Below are positions 39,418 through 51,035 of a stretch of DNA of 64,000 nucleotides, piece by piece. How positions within the stretch are numbered: position 1 is the stretch's first letter; each line of letters opens with the position of its first letter. The position numbers and the translations under genes were made by a program. The notes below the pieces were generated by a model, which did not search any database, was not told the DNA's origin, and saw only the letters and a list, made by a program, of their open reading frames with translations. Source of the stretch: Eledone cirrhosa (lineage: Eukaryota); assembly GCA_964016885.1 (NCBI GenBank), contig OZ024740.1:253022001-253086000 (forward strand), in the 5' to 3' direction.

Positions 39418-40492
39418 GGCGGTGGATTGGCAGTATCGGTAGAGGGTCGGACGCCATGCCTTGACGCATAGAGTTATGGCCCTTGCCATTCTGAGTTCAA
39501 ATCCCGCCGAGGTTAACTTTGCCTTTCATCCTTACGGAGTCGATAAAATAAAGTACCAGTAATACACTGGGATAATTGCTGGCCTTGTGCCAAAAGTAGA
39601 AACAATTATTATTATCGTTAGTCTTATTGTTATTATGCTTTACAGTATAGAGTTAGGTTCTGATTTCAAATCCTACTGGTGGATTGGCAGAATTGTATGA
39701 GTGTCGGACGCCCTGCTTTGTGGCATAGAGTTACAGCTCTTTACAATCTGAGTTCAAATCCAGCCAAGGTTAGCCTTGCCTTTCATCCTTACGAGGTCGA
39801 TAAAATAAAGTACCAGTAACACACTGGGGTCAATTTAATCAACTTTCCCCTCCCTCCCAAAATTGTTGACTTTGTGCCTAAATCAGAAATCATTATTATT
39901 GGCAGTATCGGTAGAGTGTCGGATGCCATGTTTTCCAGCAAAGTTACGTCCCTTTACGATCTGAGTTCAAATCCCGCCGAGGTTGACTTTGCCTTTCATC
40001 CTTATGGGGTCGATAAAATAAAGTACCAGTAATGCACTGGGTAATTTGCTGGCCTTGTGCCTAAAGTAGAAACAATTATTATTATTATGAGGTAAAAAAT
40101 TGAAGGGCGGTGGATTGGCAGTATCGGTAGAGGGTCGGACGCAATGCTTTGACGGATAGAGTTACGGCCCTTGCCATTCTGAGTTCAAATTCCGCCGAGG
40201 TTAACTTTGCCTTTCATCCTTACGGGGTCGATAAAATAAAGTACCAGTAATGCACTGGGTAATTGCTGGCCTTGTGCCTAAAGTAGAAACAATTATTAAG
40301 GGCGGTGGATTGGCAGTATCGGTAGAGGGTCGGACGCCATGCTTTCCAGCATAGTTACGTCCCTTTACGATCTGAGTTCAAATCCCGCCGAGGTTGACTT
40401 TGCCTTTCATCCTTACGGGGTCGATAAAATAAAGTACCAGTAAGGCACTGGGTAATTGCTGGCCTTGTGCCTAAAGTAGAAACAATTATTAT
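39418..40492 (+). mobile_element. Head-to-tail cluster of five family-A tRNA-derived SINEs
   Basis: Units start at ~39418, 39677, 39899, 40105 and 40280; each has an A-box-like head, GAGTTCAAATCC, a Nin-like core and an (ATT)n tail. Confidence 0.85.
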
Positions 40493-40545
40493 GAGGTAAA
40501 ATTCTAATTTATCAAAAGTCAAAATATGTATTTATCTTTCCCCAG

Positions 40546-40779
40546 AACTCCATGGTAAACCTCTTACAAGAGAAGATAGTATCCATAACTGTCAAGTTGT
40601 AATCGATGCTTTGGCTACCAAAATTCTTAATACTTCCCTTTCTCACATAACGGGAGAAAGTATCATCAACAGAAACAGGCAGGCAATAAGTAATTTACTT
40701 GAAATATTCACTGATTTGTTGGACTTTCTAACTGAGAAGATAGAAACTGTACAAGATGTAGTTGATGATGGCCTGGAAG
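40546..40779 (+). CDS. CEP95: CEP95-like gene, coding exon 3 (conserved N-terminal calponin-homology-like/DUF5745 region)
   Basis: Acceptor TTTCCCCAG|, donor GAAG|[64 protein letters not shown] matches CEP95 as recalled ([53 protein letters not shown]). Confidence 0.9.
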
Positions 40780-41039
40780 GTAAATTTATTTCTTTTAAAA
40801 TTATATATCACTTCAGTGTTAGTTCTAATAGACTGTGCATCTGGTAGGGTTGGTGTTAGGAAGGGTATTTGGCTGTAAAACATTTCCTTTAAAAGAACCC
40901 CATGATAAATATGAAGCCTATCATAGCGCCTGAATAACTAATCATTACTTTAGCAGAGAAAAATAACTTTAAAATTGTTATTGTTGTTCTTCAATGGTTG
41001 TTCTAGGGGACATGAGATACAATGCCTTTTATCAAAAAC

Positions 41040-41390
41040 TTCTTCACCCACTTATTCCTGAGAGAATCATAGGCAAAGTTCTTAAGCACTCCTTCCAGAA
41101 GGTCCTGTCAGAAGCAACTGTCTTCATTTGAACTGGCTTGATCCCCAAGGGCAGCCAGCTGGGTTCACAGATGTTATCCAACCATCTGGCTTGGGGTTTA
41201 ACCCTTAGTCTTCTGCCAGTTGGTTTTACCCACAAAATCTGTCCAGCAATTCTTTCCTTAAGCATTCTAACCACATGTCTGTAATATCAGATTGACTATC
41301 TGATCTCTGAACTATGCACTCTATCGAGTAATATTAATCCAGAAACCTTTCAGAGGAACCCCATTTAGTCGCTTGTATTCGTGATTGTAT
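41040..41390 (-). mobile_element. RTE-clade LINE 3' fragment
   Basis: HVVRMLKERIAGQILWVKPTGRR..ARWLDNI; same family as 1-390. Confidence 0.7.
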
Positions 41391-41413
41391 TTAACTATAT
41401 ATTATATTTACAG

Positions 41414-41489
41414 AGTTCATTCATGATAAGGCATTTGTGAAAGAGTGGATACACAAGAAACACTTTCAAGATTATGAAGATGAGAAGTT
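41414..41489 (+). CDS. CEP95: CEP95-like gene, predicted coding exon 4
   Basis: Acceptor TTTACAG|, donor |GTGAGT; open in phase 1->2 (EFIHDKAFVKEWIHKKHFQDYEDEK). Confidence 0.65.
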
Positions 41490-41921
41490 GTGAGTACCTT
41501 TGATAATATAGTTAATATTATATATTACATTGATAATTAAATATTGGTATTACATAGATGGTTAAATATTAGGGTCTTACACTGATGGTTAGATATTTAA
41601 ATATTACATTGATGGTTAAATATTACATTGCATGTTGAATATTAAATATTACACTCATGGTTAAATATTAAATAATACACTGATGGTTAAATATTTAAAT
41701 ATTACATTGATGGTTAAATATTTTGGTATTACATTAATGGTTAAATATTAAATATTACATTAATGGTTAAATATTAAATATTACATTGATGGTTAAATAT
41801 TAAATATTACATTGCTGGTTAAATATTACACTGATGGTTAAATATTTGAGTATTACACTGATGGTTGAATATTAAATATTATATTGAGGGTTAAATATTT
41901 GGGTATTACATTGACGGTTAA

Positions 41922-42830
41922 TCATCATCATCATCATCATCAACGTGTATTTTGTTAGAGATGCCTACTGGTTGGAGTAGGTTTTACTATATATTTAGGT
42001 AAGGCGGGTCTTCTCTGTTACTGAGTACCGCCAAAGGTCTCGGTCCAGTGACATTGTCTTGGAGAGGTGTAAGTGTGTGATGTCGGAGTTTATCAGCTCG
42101 TCCCAGGTTTTTCTAGGTCTGCCTATTCCGTGACTACCGTCTATCTTTATTGCCCTGCACTTTGTTATACAGCTATCGACTTTCATGCGCATCACGTGTC
42201 CATACCAACGTAGCCTTCTCTCGAGTAAACAACATCTGATCCCTCTTATCTCTAACTTTTTCCTTAGTTCGTTTATGCTTTGCCGTTCACGTATATTACT
42301 GTTACACATCCAGCGGAGCATGCAAGCTTCGTTCCTCTCTAGTCTGCGTATATCCTCTGCACACAATGCCCAGGTCTCACTGCCATGCAGCATTGCTGTT
42401 CGTATGCAGGCATCGTACAACCTGCCTTTCATTTTTAGGGAGAACCCTTTAGCAGCTAATAGTGGTATAAGCTCTCTGAACTTTTTCCAACCAGTTCTGA
42501 CTCTAGCTACAGTACTTTCAGAGCACCCTCCCCCACTGCTGATTTTATCGCCCAGGTAACGGAAGCTGTCCACTATTTCTATAGAACCCTCTGCGCAATT
42601 GAAAGAGCTAGTATTTTGTGGGCACTTGCTGCTACTTATTGCACCAGAACACCGGCCACATGTAAAATCTATGTTCTTAGTTAGCTTACCTGTGATCCCA
42701 CTACATCTTTTATGCACCCATACTTTGCATTTAGGACATAAAATGGAGTTTCTACCTACGCCTTTCCTACACACCGAGCACGACCATTTCCCAGAAGGGA
42801 CCGCCGCCTTGTTTTCTTTCCTACAAACTA
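41922..42830 (-). mobile_element. RTE-clade LINE 3' portion with PHD-like Cys/His insertion
   Basis: ORF 41995-42774 (CSVCRKGVGRNSILCPKCKVWVHKRC; MLHGSETW; RRLRWYGHVMR); (CAT)n tail; same family as 54533-56785. Confidence 0.85.
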
Positions 42831-42944
42831 GAATATTTGGATATTACACTGATTGTTAAATATTAAATATTACATTGATTGTAAATATTACATTGATGGT
42901 TAAATATTAGATATTACACTGATGGTTAAATATAAAAAAAAAAA

Positions 42945-43170
42945 TACAGTCCACGCTGTAATGTGGCCATGTAGGTAACACGGTAAAAAGCTCCCAGTCC
43001 ACACTATAAATGTGGTTGGTGTTAGGAAGGGCATCCAGCCGTAGAAAACCTGCCATATAGTCCTATACAAGTGAGACACGATCACCCGACCAATCTTACC
43101 TCAAATGGGACAATTCCTGTCTAACCTATGTTAGCGTGGAAGATAGATGTTAAACGATGATGATGATGAT
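42945..43170 (+). mobile_element. 3' UTR of the same RTE family, in the opposite orientation
   Basis: Reverse complement of 54533-54750; ends in (GAT)n. Confidence 0.75.
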
Positions 43171-43639
43171 GACACTGATGATTAAATCTTAAATATTGTG
43201 TTTGCGCGATTATAATTATATACTTATAATAGTTATATACTCATACATACAGATGTATGTATGTGCACATACACACATACATGTCAGCATTTTGAAAATC
43301 ATAATCACTCTATCTTTCTGTATCTCTCTCATCATACACTCTCTCTTTCTATATATATGGTAGTTGAAGTGATGGTGGTGGCGATGATATACCGGAAGCG
43401 TAGAAATTTGAAACTTTGAAAAGAAGTCAATTTTAAATAAGCAATAAAATTATATTAAATTTAATAGAAAGTAGTACATAAATTATGTAATATTCATTCA
43501 TTATTTATTCAAAGTAATCCAACTTATTTTACTAACTGGATTAAAAGAAATAAACTGTATGCAGTCCCGCACTCCTCCCTTTATTATAGTTAAGATTATA
43601 TTACTACTATATTGAAGACTTTTCAATTGTTTTGTCTAG

Positions 43640-43734
43640 ATCTCCGGGAGCACCAGCTAGCTGTTCTCGCTTTGCTTGGCAAGACATTAACACAGTAGAA
43701 AGAAAGAAAGACATTCAGAATAAATTAGAAGCAG
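43640..43734 (+). CDS. CEP95: CEP95-like gene, predicted coding exon 5
   Basis: Acceptor TTTTGTCTAG|, donor CAG|GTTTGT; open in phase 2->1 (SPGAPASCSRFAWQDINTVERKKDIQNKLEA). Confidence 0.6.
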
Positions 43735-43799
43735 GTTTGTTAATTCAATAGGACTTATGGGAGCAAGATATGGGTGAAGAAAATAGAGCAGGAAAGAAG

Positions 43800-44230
43800 G
43801 CTGGAAAGAACAGAAATAAGAATGATTCACTGAATGAGAGAGAAGATGACAAGCAATGAAATGCAGAGGGTGGTGGGAATAGAACCAGTGATGAATGTTA
43901 TGAAGAGAAATAGAATAAGATGGTTGAGTCATGTTTTGAGGAATAATGAAAGTGACTGGGTGGGAAGTGATAGAAATAGAATCAGTGATGAATGTTGTGC
44001 AGAGAAATGGAATGAGATCATTGGGTCATGTGTCTAGGAACAATGAAAGTGACTGAGTGTGAGGGTGCTGGAATTAGAACCAGTGATAAATGTGAAGAGA
44101 AATAGAATGAGATGGCTGGGTCATGTTTTGAAGATGGATGAAAGTGACTGGGTGAGATGAGTGATGGGAATAGAGATAGTGATGAATGTTATGAAGAGAA
44201 ATGGAATGAGATGGTTGGATCATGTGTTTG
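43800..44230 (+). repeat. Degenerate ~95 bp tandem repeat derived from RTE C-terminal coding sequence
   Basis: About 4 copies translating as VMNVMKRNRIRWLSHVLR-like. Confidence 0.6.
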
Positions 44231-44426
44231 ACATACGATCCCATGTTCTACCAAGTGCTTTTTATCATGGCACCCACTCTAGGGAAGTTGTTATGTTTTT
44301 GACAGAGCTGAAGAGTCTTCCTGACTCTTTGTTTGGCAGATTTTCTACAGCTGTATACCCTTCTTATCATCAACCATTTGTTTATGAAATGTCATTCTTT
44401 TAGTCATTAATTTTTTTATTTTTAAG

Positions 44427-44738
44427 ATATACTTAATGCTACTATGTATGGATCTTACCAAGTTCCAGAGGTTTCGAAGCCAGGTCTTTCAGTACCAGAT
44501 CATGATCCAGAAATTCTTTATCAACTGGCAGATCTATCAAACCAGGTTCAGAAAAGCTCTAAAATTCAAAAAAGAGAGAAAGAAAATTCAGAGCCTTTAC
44601 TCTTTCCAACCTCTAAACCTCCAGAATATATCGACAAAGTCAGTTCTTGCCAAACCAAACCATTTTATAATCAGTCCTCAAATGCCAACCATTATGAGGA
44701 ACGAGTTCCGAATAATCCCCAGAAGATTATTAGAACAG
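44427..44738 (+). CDS. CEP95: CEP95-like gene, predicted coding exon 6
   Basis: Long polypyrimidine acceptor TTTTTAAG|, donor CAG|GTAAAG; 312 nt open in phase 1->1 (frame of ORF 44444-44755). Confidence 0.7.
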
Positions 44739-45511
44739 GTAAAGTCTTCATATAACAATACAAGTGTCTTAAGGCCATTTTCCCTGCTAAAGTAGAGATT
44801 ACATTTGCAGGACCAAGGCAGGCTTAACTCATCATTGAGTCCTAGATGCCCTTCCTGTTGCCAATTCTTTTAGATTCAACTTACGACACACAAAGATATA
44901 GGGTGTACCTATTTCTAATAAGGATACACACACTATGCAAAGATTCATATATGCACCCAGTACATTCTGTAAAGAGGTTGATATTAAGAAGAACATACAA
45001 TCATAAAAACCATACTGAAATATAGAATGTATGGGCAAAAATGTGGTCACTCTGACCTGCCTAGTCTTGGACTGTAACAATCTATCCACACCATCCATGT
45101 TAGTAGGGAACACATGTTAACTCTTGATGATGATGATGGTGGTGGTGGTGGTATATCATCACCATTGCCTTCATTTTTATGTATGCACCCAGTCCATCCT
45201 GTAAAATGGTAGTGTTGGTGCCACAATAAAATGCACCCAGTCCATTCTGTAAAGTGAAAGTGGTGATGCCACAAGAAAACAAACTCGGTACATGACATAG
45301 AGTGTTTGGCCATGGAAGCTTTGTCAAAATGGAATGTATGAGCAAGACACCAGTCACCTGACCTGCCTAGTCTCAGAACATAAGAATCCATCTAAACCAT
45401 GGAAGTATGAAAAATAAATGTTAAATGGTAGTGGTGCTGGTGGTGTTTATTCATATATTGTTTATATACTTTACAAATTCTTTTAGAAACCTTTTTGTTT
45501 TATATTTTCAG

Positions 45512-45548
45512 GCACAAACATTTCTTCATTTTCAAGAACCATTAAAAG
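45512..45548 (+). CDS. CEP95: CEP95-like gene, predicted coding exon 7
   Basis: Acceptor ATTTTCAG|, donor AAG|GTTATA; phase 1->2 is needed to keep the frame into the next exon. Confidence 0.5.
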
Positions 45549-46475
45549 GTTATAACCACTACTACTGCTACTGCTGCTGCTGTTTGCCACAATCATTAAA
45601 GTGTTGGATAAAATGCTTTGCAGCATTTATTCCTGCTCTTTACATTCTGAGTTCAAATCCTGCCTAGGTCAACTTTGCTTTTCAGCCTTACAGGGTTGAT
45701 AAAATAAAGTACCAGTGAAGCACTGGGGTCATTATAATCAATTTTCTTCTGCCCAAAATTACAGGCCTTGTGCTTATTTTAGAAACAATTCCTGCTGAGG
45801 TTAGCTTTTCCTTTCATCCTTACGGGGTCGATAAAATACCAGTAAAGTACTGGGGTAAACTTTTCCTTTCCCTTCAAACTGTTGGTCTTGTGTCAAAAGT
45901 AGAAACAATTATTGTTGCTGTTGTTCTTATCCTTGTTCGTTTCTCTCTCTAAATAAAATCAGCTATGTTGTGACCTAGTGAGAGATGATCGCCATCAAAT
46001 TTAAATACCAAAGATGCTGTTTTTATAACTCCATAGCACCAATTATGTAACACACTATCTCCTTGAAGCTCTTTGAGAATTCTGTTAAGGATACACGTAT
46101 CTGTGGAATGCTCAGCCACTTACACGTTAATTTCACAAGTTGGCTGTCTTGTTGATCAAACAACTGGAATGCTCATCATTGAAACTGGTAGACTGACAAA
46201 GTGTAGTAGGTTATTTTCATATACTTTCAGTTTATGATAAATATAATCACTCATCTAACCCATGTTAGCGTGGAAAAATGGATGTAAAACAGTGATGATG
46301 ATGATGATGATATTGGGAATAATAATAAGTGTTTCTACTTTTGGGACAAGGCCAGCAATTATCCCCGTGCATTACTGGTACTTTATTTTATTGACCCCGT
46401 AAAGTTAACCTCAGAGTTCAAATCCTGCTGAGGTTAACTTTGCCTTTCATCCTTACAGGGTCGATAAAATAAAGT

Positions 46476-46916
46476 ATGTGTAGTTTGAGATGTATCTGCT
46501 TCCACTACAGTTTTCAGCTCATCATTATTCATCTTGGTCACAGGTCTCCCACATGGCTTATTTTCAAGATTAAAGTCAGCAGAATAGAACTTCTCAAACC
46601 ATCAGTGTACTGTGCGTTCATCAGCCACATCCTTGCCAAACACCTTGTTGATGTAAGCTGTCTGTGATGAATTGGTTCTACGATGAAACTCACATTAAAA
46701 AACAACACAAATTTTTTACATATCCATGGGTTTACAAAAATTGATCTGAAACAAACAATTCAAAAGACAATCACAAACCAAAAGGTACATTTGTAAAACT
46801 GATGTACCTGCACAATAAAACAAAACTAAGGACTCTCCAAGGTGAAATGTTAGAGATAGTGACTCTCAAACTGCGTGCTTAAGGAAATTGGACATTTCAC
46901 ACTTAATGACCTAATA
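46476..46916 (-). mobile_element. Tc1/mariner transposon 5' fragment
   Basis: Minus strand INKVFGKDVADERTV..WFEKF..FNLENKPCGRP..NDELKTVVEAD (Mos1-type HTH); TATTAGGT terminus. Confidence 0.7.
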
Positions 46917-47004
46917 ATTCATTTTAAATTTGGGTGGTTCAGTTTTCAACCGGAGATATTTTCAGCAGACGTTAACCATATATTTTGGTTCTTATATTTT
47001 GTAG

Positions 47005-47100
47005 AAATTCTGACTCAACAACTCAAACAGAAAAGCCAGCTTCCAATTCTGACTCCAATGATATCATAGAACGATACCAACCTGGTCGTAGTACTAATCA
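47005..47100 (+). CDS. CEP95: CEP95-like gene, predicted coding exon 8
   Basis: Acceptor TTTTGTAG|, donor |GTAAAT; open in phase 2->2. Confidence 0.6.
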
Positions 47101-47139
47101 GTAAATATGTTTACTATATTTTTTAGATATATATATGTG

Positions 47140-47475
47140 TGTGGTAGTGCTGGCGCCATGATAAAATACATCCAGTACACTGTAAAGTGGTAGTGCTGGT
47201 GCCATGATAAAATACACCCAGTACACTCTGTAAAGTGGTAGTGCTGGTGCCATGACAAAATACATTCAGTACACTCTGTACAGTAATAGTGCTGGTGCCA
47301 TGATAAAGAACATCCAGTACACACTGTACAGTGGTAGTGCTGGTGCCATGATAAAATACACCCAGTACACTCTGTAAAGTGGTAGTGCTGGTGCCATGAT
47401 AAAATACATTCACTACACTCTGTATAGTAATAGTGCTCATGCCATGATAAAGAACACCCAGTACACTCTGTACAA
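47140..47475 (+). repeat. Minisatellite, ~47 bp unit, ~7 copies
   Basis: GTGGTAGTGCTGGTGCCATGATAAAATACACCCAGTACACTCTGTAAA repeats. Confidence 0.9.
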
Positions 47476-47554
47476 TGTTATTCGTGATGTAGATAACTGT
47501 AGTGTCTGTCCCTGTTGACATTATCTGTTATTGTTGTTTATGGTTTTCTCTCAG

Positions 47555-47729
47555 ATTACTTGATATGATTGAGTCAGCATTAAAACAACTTGAGATCGAA
47601 AGTCAACCAGCCACAGTCAATAAAGGTCCACAAAAACAGGTCCATTTTGAGGATGTGTACAGGAAGGAGAATTATCTTCATCAGAACCCTACAACCTGCC
47701 ATGATTGGAGAAGAAATAGACAGTTACAA
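47555..47729 (+). CDS. CEP95: CEP95-like gene, predicted coding exon 9
   Basis: Acceptor TTTTCTCTCAG|, donor |GTAATC; phase 2->0 (LLDMIESALKQLEIESQP..KQVHFED..RQLQ). Confidence 0.65.
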
Positions 47730-47866
47730 GTAATCAACATCTTTAGAATTTAATCATAATCATCACCACCATCATCACCATTACTACCATCCCCATTATT
47801 ATCATCACCATTACCATCATCACTGTCATCACCAACATCACTACCATCATTATCATCACCACCACC

Positions 47867-50207
47867 TGTGGTTGGAAAAAGCCATCTCACTCACCGCTTT
47901 TCATATGCGCCGCTATCTCCACTCTTGGTAGTTTAAAGACCAGTTTTAATATGTCCATTCTCCTAGACTGGTAGTTTCTACATTGGTACAAACAGTGCCA
48001 TATGGTTTCGCTCTTCATAGGCGCTGCAATCTCCACTGCTGGTTACTCCTCGCCCGCCTGCGTCCAACTGCCTAACACCGGGAGCTGCACAAACTGGCGT
48101 TCACCCCGTTGCTAGGTACTGCCCAAACTCGCGTTCACACCGTTGCTAGGCACTGCACAAACTGGCGTTCACCCCGTTGCTAGGCACCACTAGAGAGCGC
48201 CCTCTGCTGGCCCTTCTGGTCGAGCACTCCCCTGCCTGCGGCCACCGCACGCCACACCATACCCACACGCCCCCCCCCCCTGATCTCAAGGATCAATTTC
48301 CCCCTCGTCTCTCTGCATGTGAAAGTCTGCTGTCCAGGTTGGTGGTTTACGACTTCGTTGCGATCTCCGCAGTATTGGGGCAGCACTTTGGGTTTCCTCT
48401 TCCTCGGAGTCCGTTGACACAGTGATTCTTCGTACATCCAGGACATGACGTGGTACTCCGTCCACGGACACATTGTTCTGTGAATTTACGGCCGTCACCG
48501 TTCCCCTTCCCCATTGAGATGTGCAACGTGCATCTGGAGGCTTAACCCAGACTTCTTCGCCCACCTGCATGAATGCACTCTCTCTCCGCACTGGCCGTTG
48601 TGGTGGCGTGCACGGGTGCCGCCACTCGTATTTGAATACTGCTCTGTGTGGCACCGATTCCTCGACCTGTTTTACCCGAGGGGACATGTACCAAAACACT
48701 GCCTCCATTGGTGAGATATGGCCCCGCTCCGCCATTGCCTTGATCGTCCGGTGGTGTCGTTCCACAATTCCATTCCCGCTCGGCCTGTACGCTGCTCTGA
48801 AGAAACGGTCCACCTTCCATCCATCGAGCATCTCCCTCAGTGCCTCCGAGCGGAACGCTGCGCTGTTGTCCATCAGCAGTTCGTCCACAGGGCCCCGCTC
48901 CAAGAACACCTCTCTCAACGTCCGCATGATTTCCTCGGCCGTTCCAGTCTTCATCTCCCTCCATATCATATCGCCATCCGTCCTGGTCCACAGTCGACCG
49001 GTAGTGCGTTACATCCACCACTAATCGCTTCCAGTCGCGATCCACCGGGAGGCTTCCCGTTTCGTGTACACCCGGGGCAGGATCAATGGACTGACATCAG
49101 ACGCAGCCTCTAACCACTCTTTGAACACTGTGTCTGTTAACGTCCGAGTCGATTCTCCTGGCTAGGAACAGGTTCCTATCCACTCCCATGTGGTGCATGT
49201 CATGCAACCCTCTCAGATCCGACTCGGTCAGCCGACACCCGGCAGCTATCTCATCTTCTACCTCCTCCGGCGCTTCCATCCAGGCTTTCTTCATCCTAGT
49301 TAAGATGTCCGCCCTATTTTTCTCTGAGGGCACGAAAACTACGCTCAGCCTCAGGTCAAACTCGGTGGCCAGCTCTCCTAAAGTTCCCAGGCGGCGCTTT
49401 ATCACCATCTTCGCCGCCCCTCTCGTTCGCACTCTCTTCTCACTGGTGAGCACTGATCTTACCCATCCGAGTACAGTAGCCGAGTCGGTGTGTATCTCTA
49501 TGGTAAGCAGCCCCCACCTCAGGGCAAGGTTCACCCCTCTCAACATTGCGTCCAGTTTGGCCACATTGATGTGGTTGCAGTCGTCCTTCTTCCTAAGCCA
49601 GGCTGCATCCTCGACCTCAACACTTCCTATCTCCAACGTGACACCCAGCGCTTTGCTGCTGGCATCGCACCATACGGTCCCGCTCTGTGATTTGGGAACA
49701 TACCAGCATCCCCGCACTGGGTCGTCGGCCTTCACCCACCCCACGATCTCCTGCATCATGGCCACCGTCCTCTCTCCCACTCTGTCACTCCAAGTCACTC
49801 CTCCCGCTCGTCTCTTGACATAGCTGCATGCCGTCCGGAGCCACCCAGCGATCGGGTAGTGACCCACCAGCTTTCCACACACCGAGAAAAGCTCCCGCCT
49901 ACTCATACTTGGGCCCCGTTCTGGAACTTCGGCCTTCCCCAGAACGGTCTTGAGGACCGCCGCCATGATCTTCGGTGCGGAGCTCAGCCCGAAACCGAGC
50001 CTGGGCAGGCAATATGTCAGGCCCTAACACCGGGAGCTGCACAAACTGGCGTTCACCCCGTTGCTAGGTACTGCCCAAACTCGCGTTCACACCGTTGCTA
50101 GGCACTGCACAAACTGGCGTTCACCCCGTTGCTAGGCACCACTAGAGAGCGCCCTCTGCTGGCCCCTCCGGTCGAGCACTCCCCCGCCTGCGGCCACCAT
50201 ACCCACA
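47867..50207 (-). mobile_element. Gypsy-like LTR retrotransposon with internal deletion
   Basis: Complete 3' LTR 47867-48267 (TG..CA) preceded by a G-rich PPT at 48268-48285; partial 5' LTR 50023-50207; RNase H (WCDASS, TDSAT) and integrase (HHCC, VDVTH, LMDNS, GIVER); gag, protease and RT are missing. Confidence 0.85.
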
Positions 50208-50358
50208 GCAGCACCATCACCAACATCATAAATTGTTTAGTAGAAAGTTTGCCTGTGTATCAGTATAACAACTTTATGGTACAGCTTTCAGTATTGAATC
50301 CTTGATAGAGGTTTTTGTTTTATTATTATTTTATTCATTTCCCTGCCACCATTTTCAG

Positions 50359-50436
50359 TTTTTAAAAAAGAACTATTCTGATGATCTTTCCCAGTTTGCA
50401 GAAGACATTCAAACACATCTGAACACTAACCTGAAT
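50359..50436 (+). CDS. CEP95: CEP95-like gene, predicted coding exon 10
   Basis: Acceptor ATTTTCAG|, perfect donor |GTAAGT; phase 0->0 (FLKKNYSDDLSQFAEDIQTHLNTNLN). Confidence 0.65.
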
Positions 50437-51035
50437 GTAAGTATTTCTGCATTTTACATTGATTTCCATCATAAACCAATTAAAATTATAGTATTAATGT
50501 GTTTTAATAATTGTTTCTACGTTTGGCACATTTTATTTTATTGATGTACGTTTTAATTGATGTACGTTTCACTGTCAATTGGTTGGTTGTAAATGTTCTA
50601 CATCTAACACTTTCTATATTAATGTATTTCTCTTAATTTTTGCACAATAAAGTTTCTACATTTACTCTAAACATCCAGCAAGAATTTCGCCTAAAATATC
50701 TAAAAACTGGTTTGTTAATTCAAATGTTATAGTAAGTATTACTGAACAGATTGTCAGGAAAATTTGCAGTATTAGAGAAAAGACTTTAATTCTTAATGTG
50801 ACACAGCCATAGTACTAATATATATATTTCAAGAATGACTTTCTCATATGGTACAGGTAAATTAATATTTATCTTTTAGCTTTTGCACAATCATGTTCCT
50901 ACATTAACATGTTCTTACATTAATGTGTTCCTACATTAACATGTTCTTACATTACCATGTTCCTACATTAAAAGTTATATATGAAACATTTTACTTGAAC
51001 ATTTCTACATGTATATTTATTTCTTCTGTTGTCAG

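Larger units (their letters stand above)
41505..43196 (+). repeat. AT-rich ~26 bp minisatellite (TTAAATATTACATTGATGGTTAAATA), interrupted by RTE pieces
   Basis: Tandem copies at 41505-41921, 42832-42932 and 43171-43196. Confidence 0.8.

Noticed and set aside
43640-43678. Alternative 39 nt exon with a GC donor
   Set aside because: The longer 43640-43734 exon with a GT donor fits the phases of both neighbours better
47140-47475. Regularly spaced repeats resembling a CRISPR array
   Set aside because: Contiguous tandem units without unique spacers, no cas genes, eukaryotic context
48521-50101. Long + strand ORFs over the LTR element (and similar antisense ORFs over LINEs)
   Set aside because: Shadow frames of GC-rich transposon coding sequence with no recognisable motifs
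50833-50856. Possible micro-exon with CAG|GTAAAT donor
   Set aside because: Including it shifts phase and introduces a TAG in the 51036 exon
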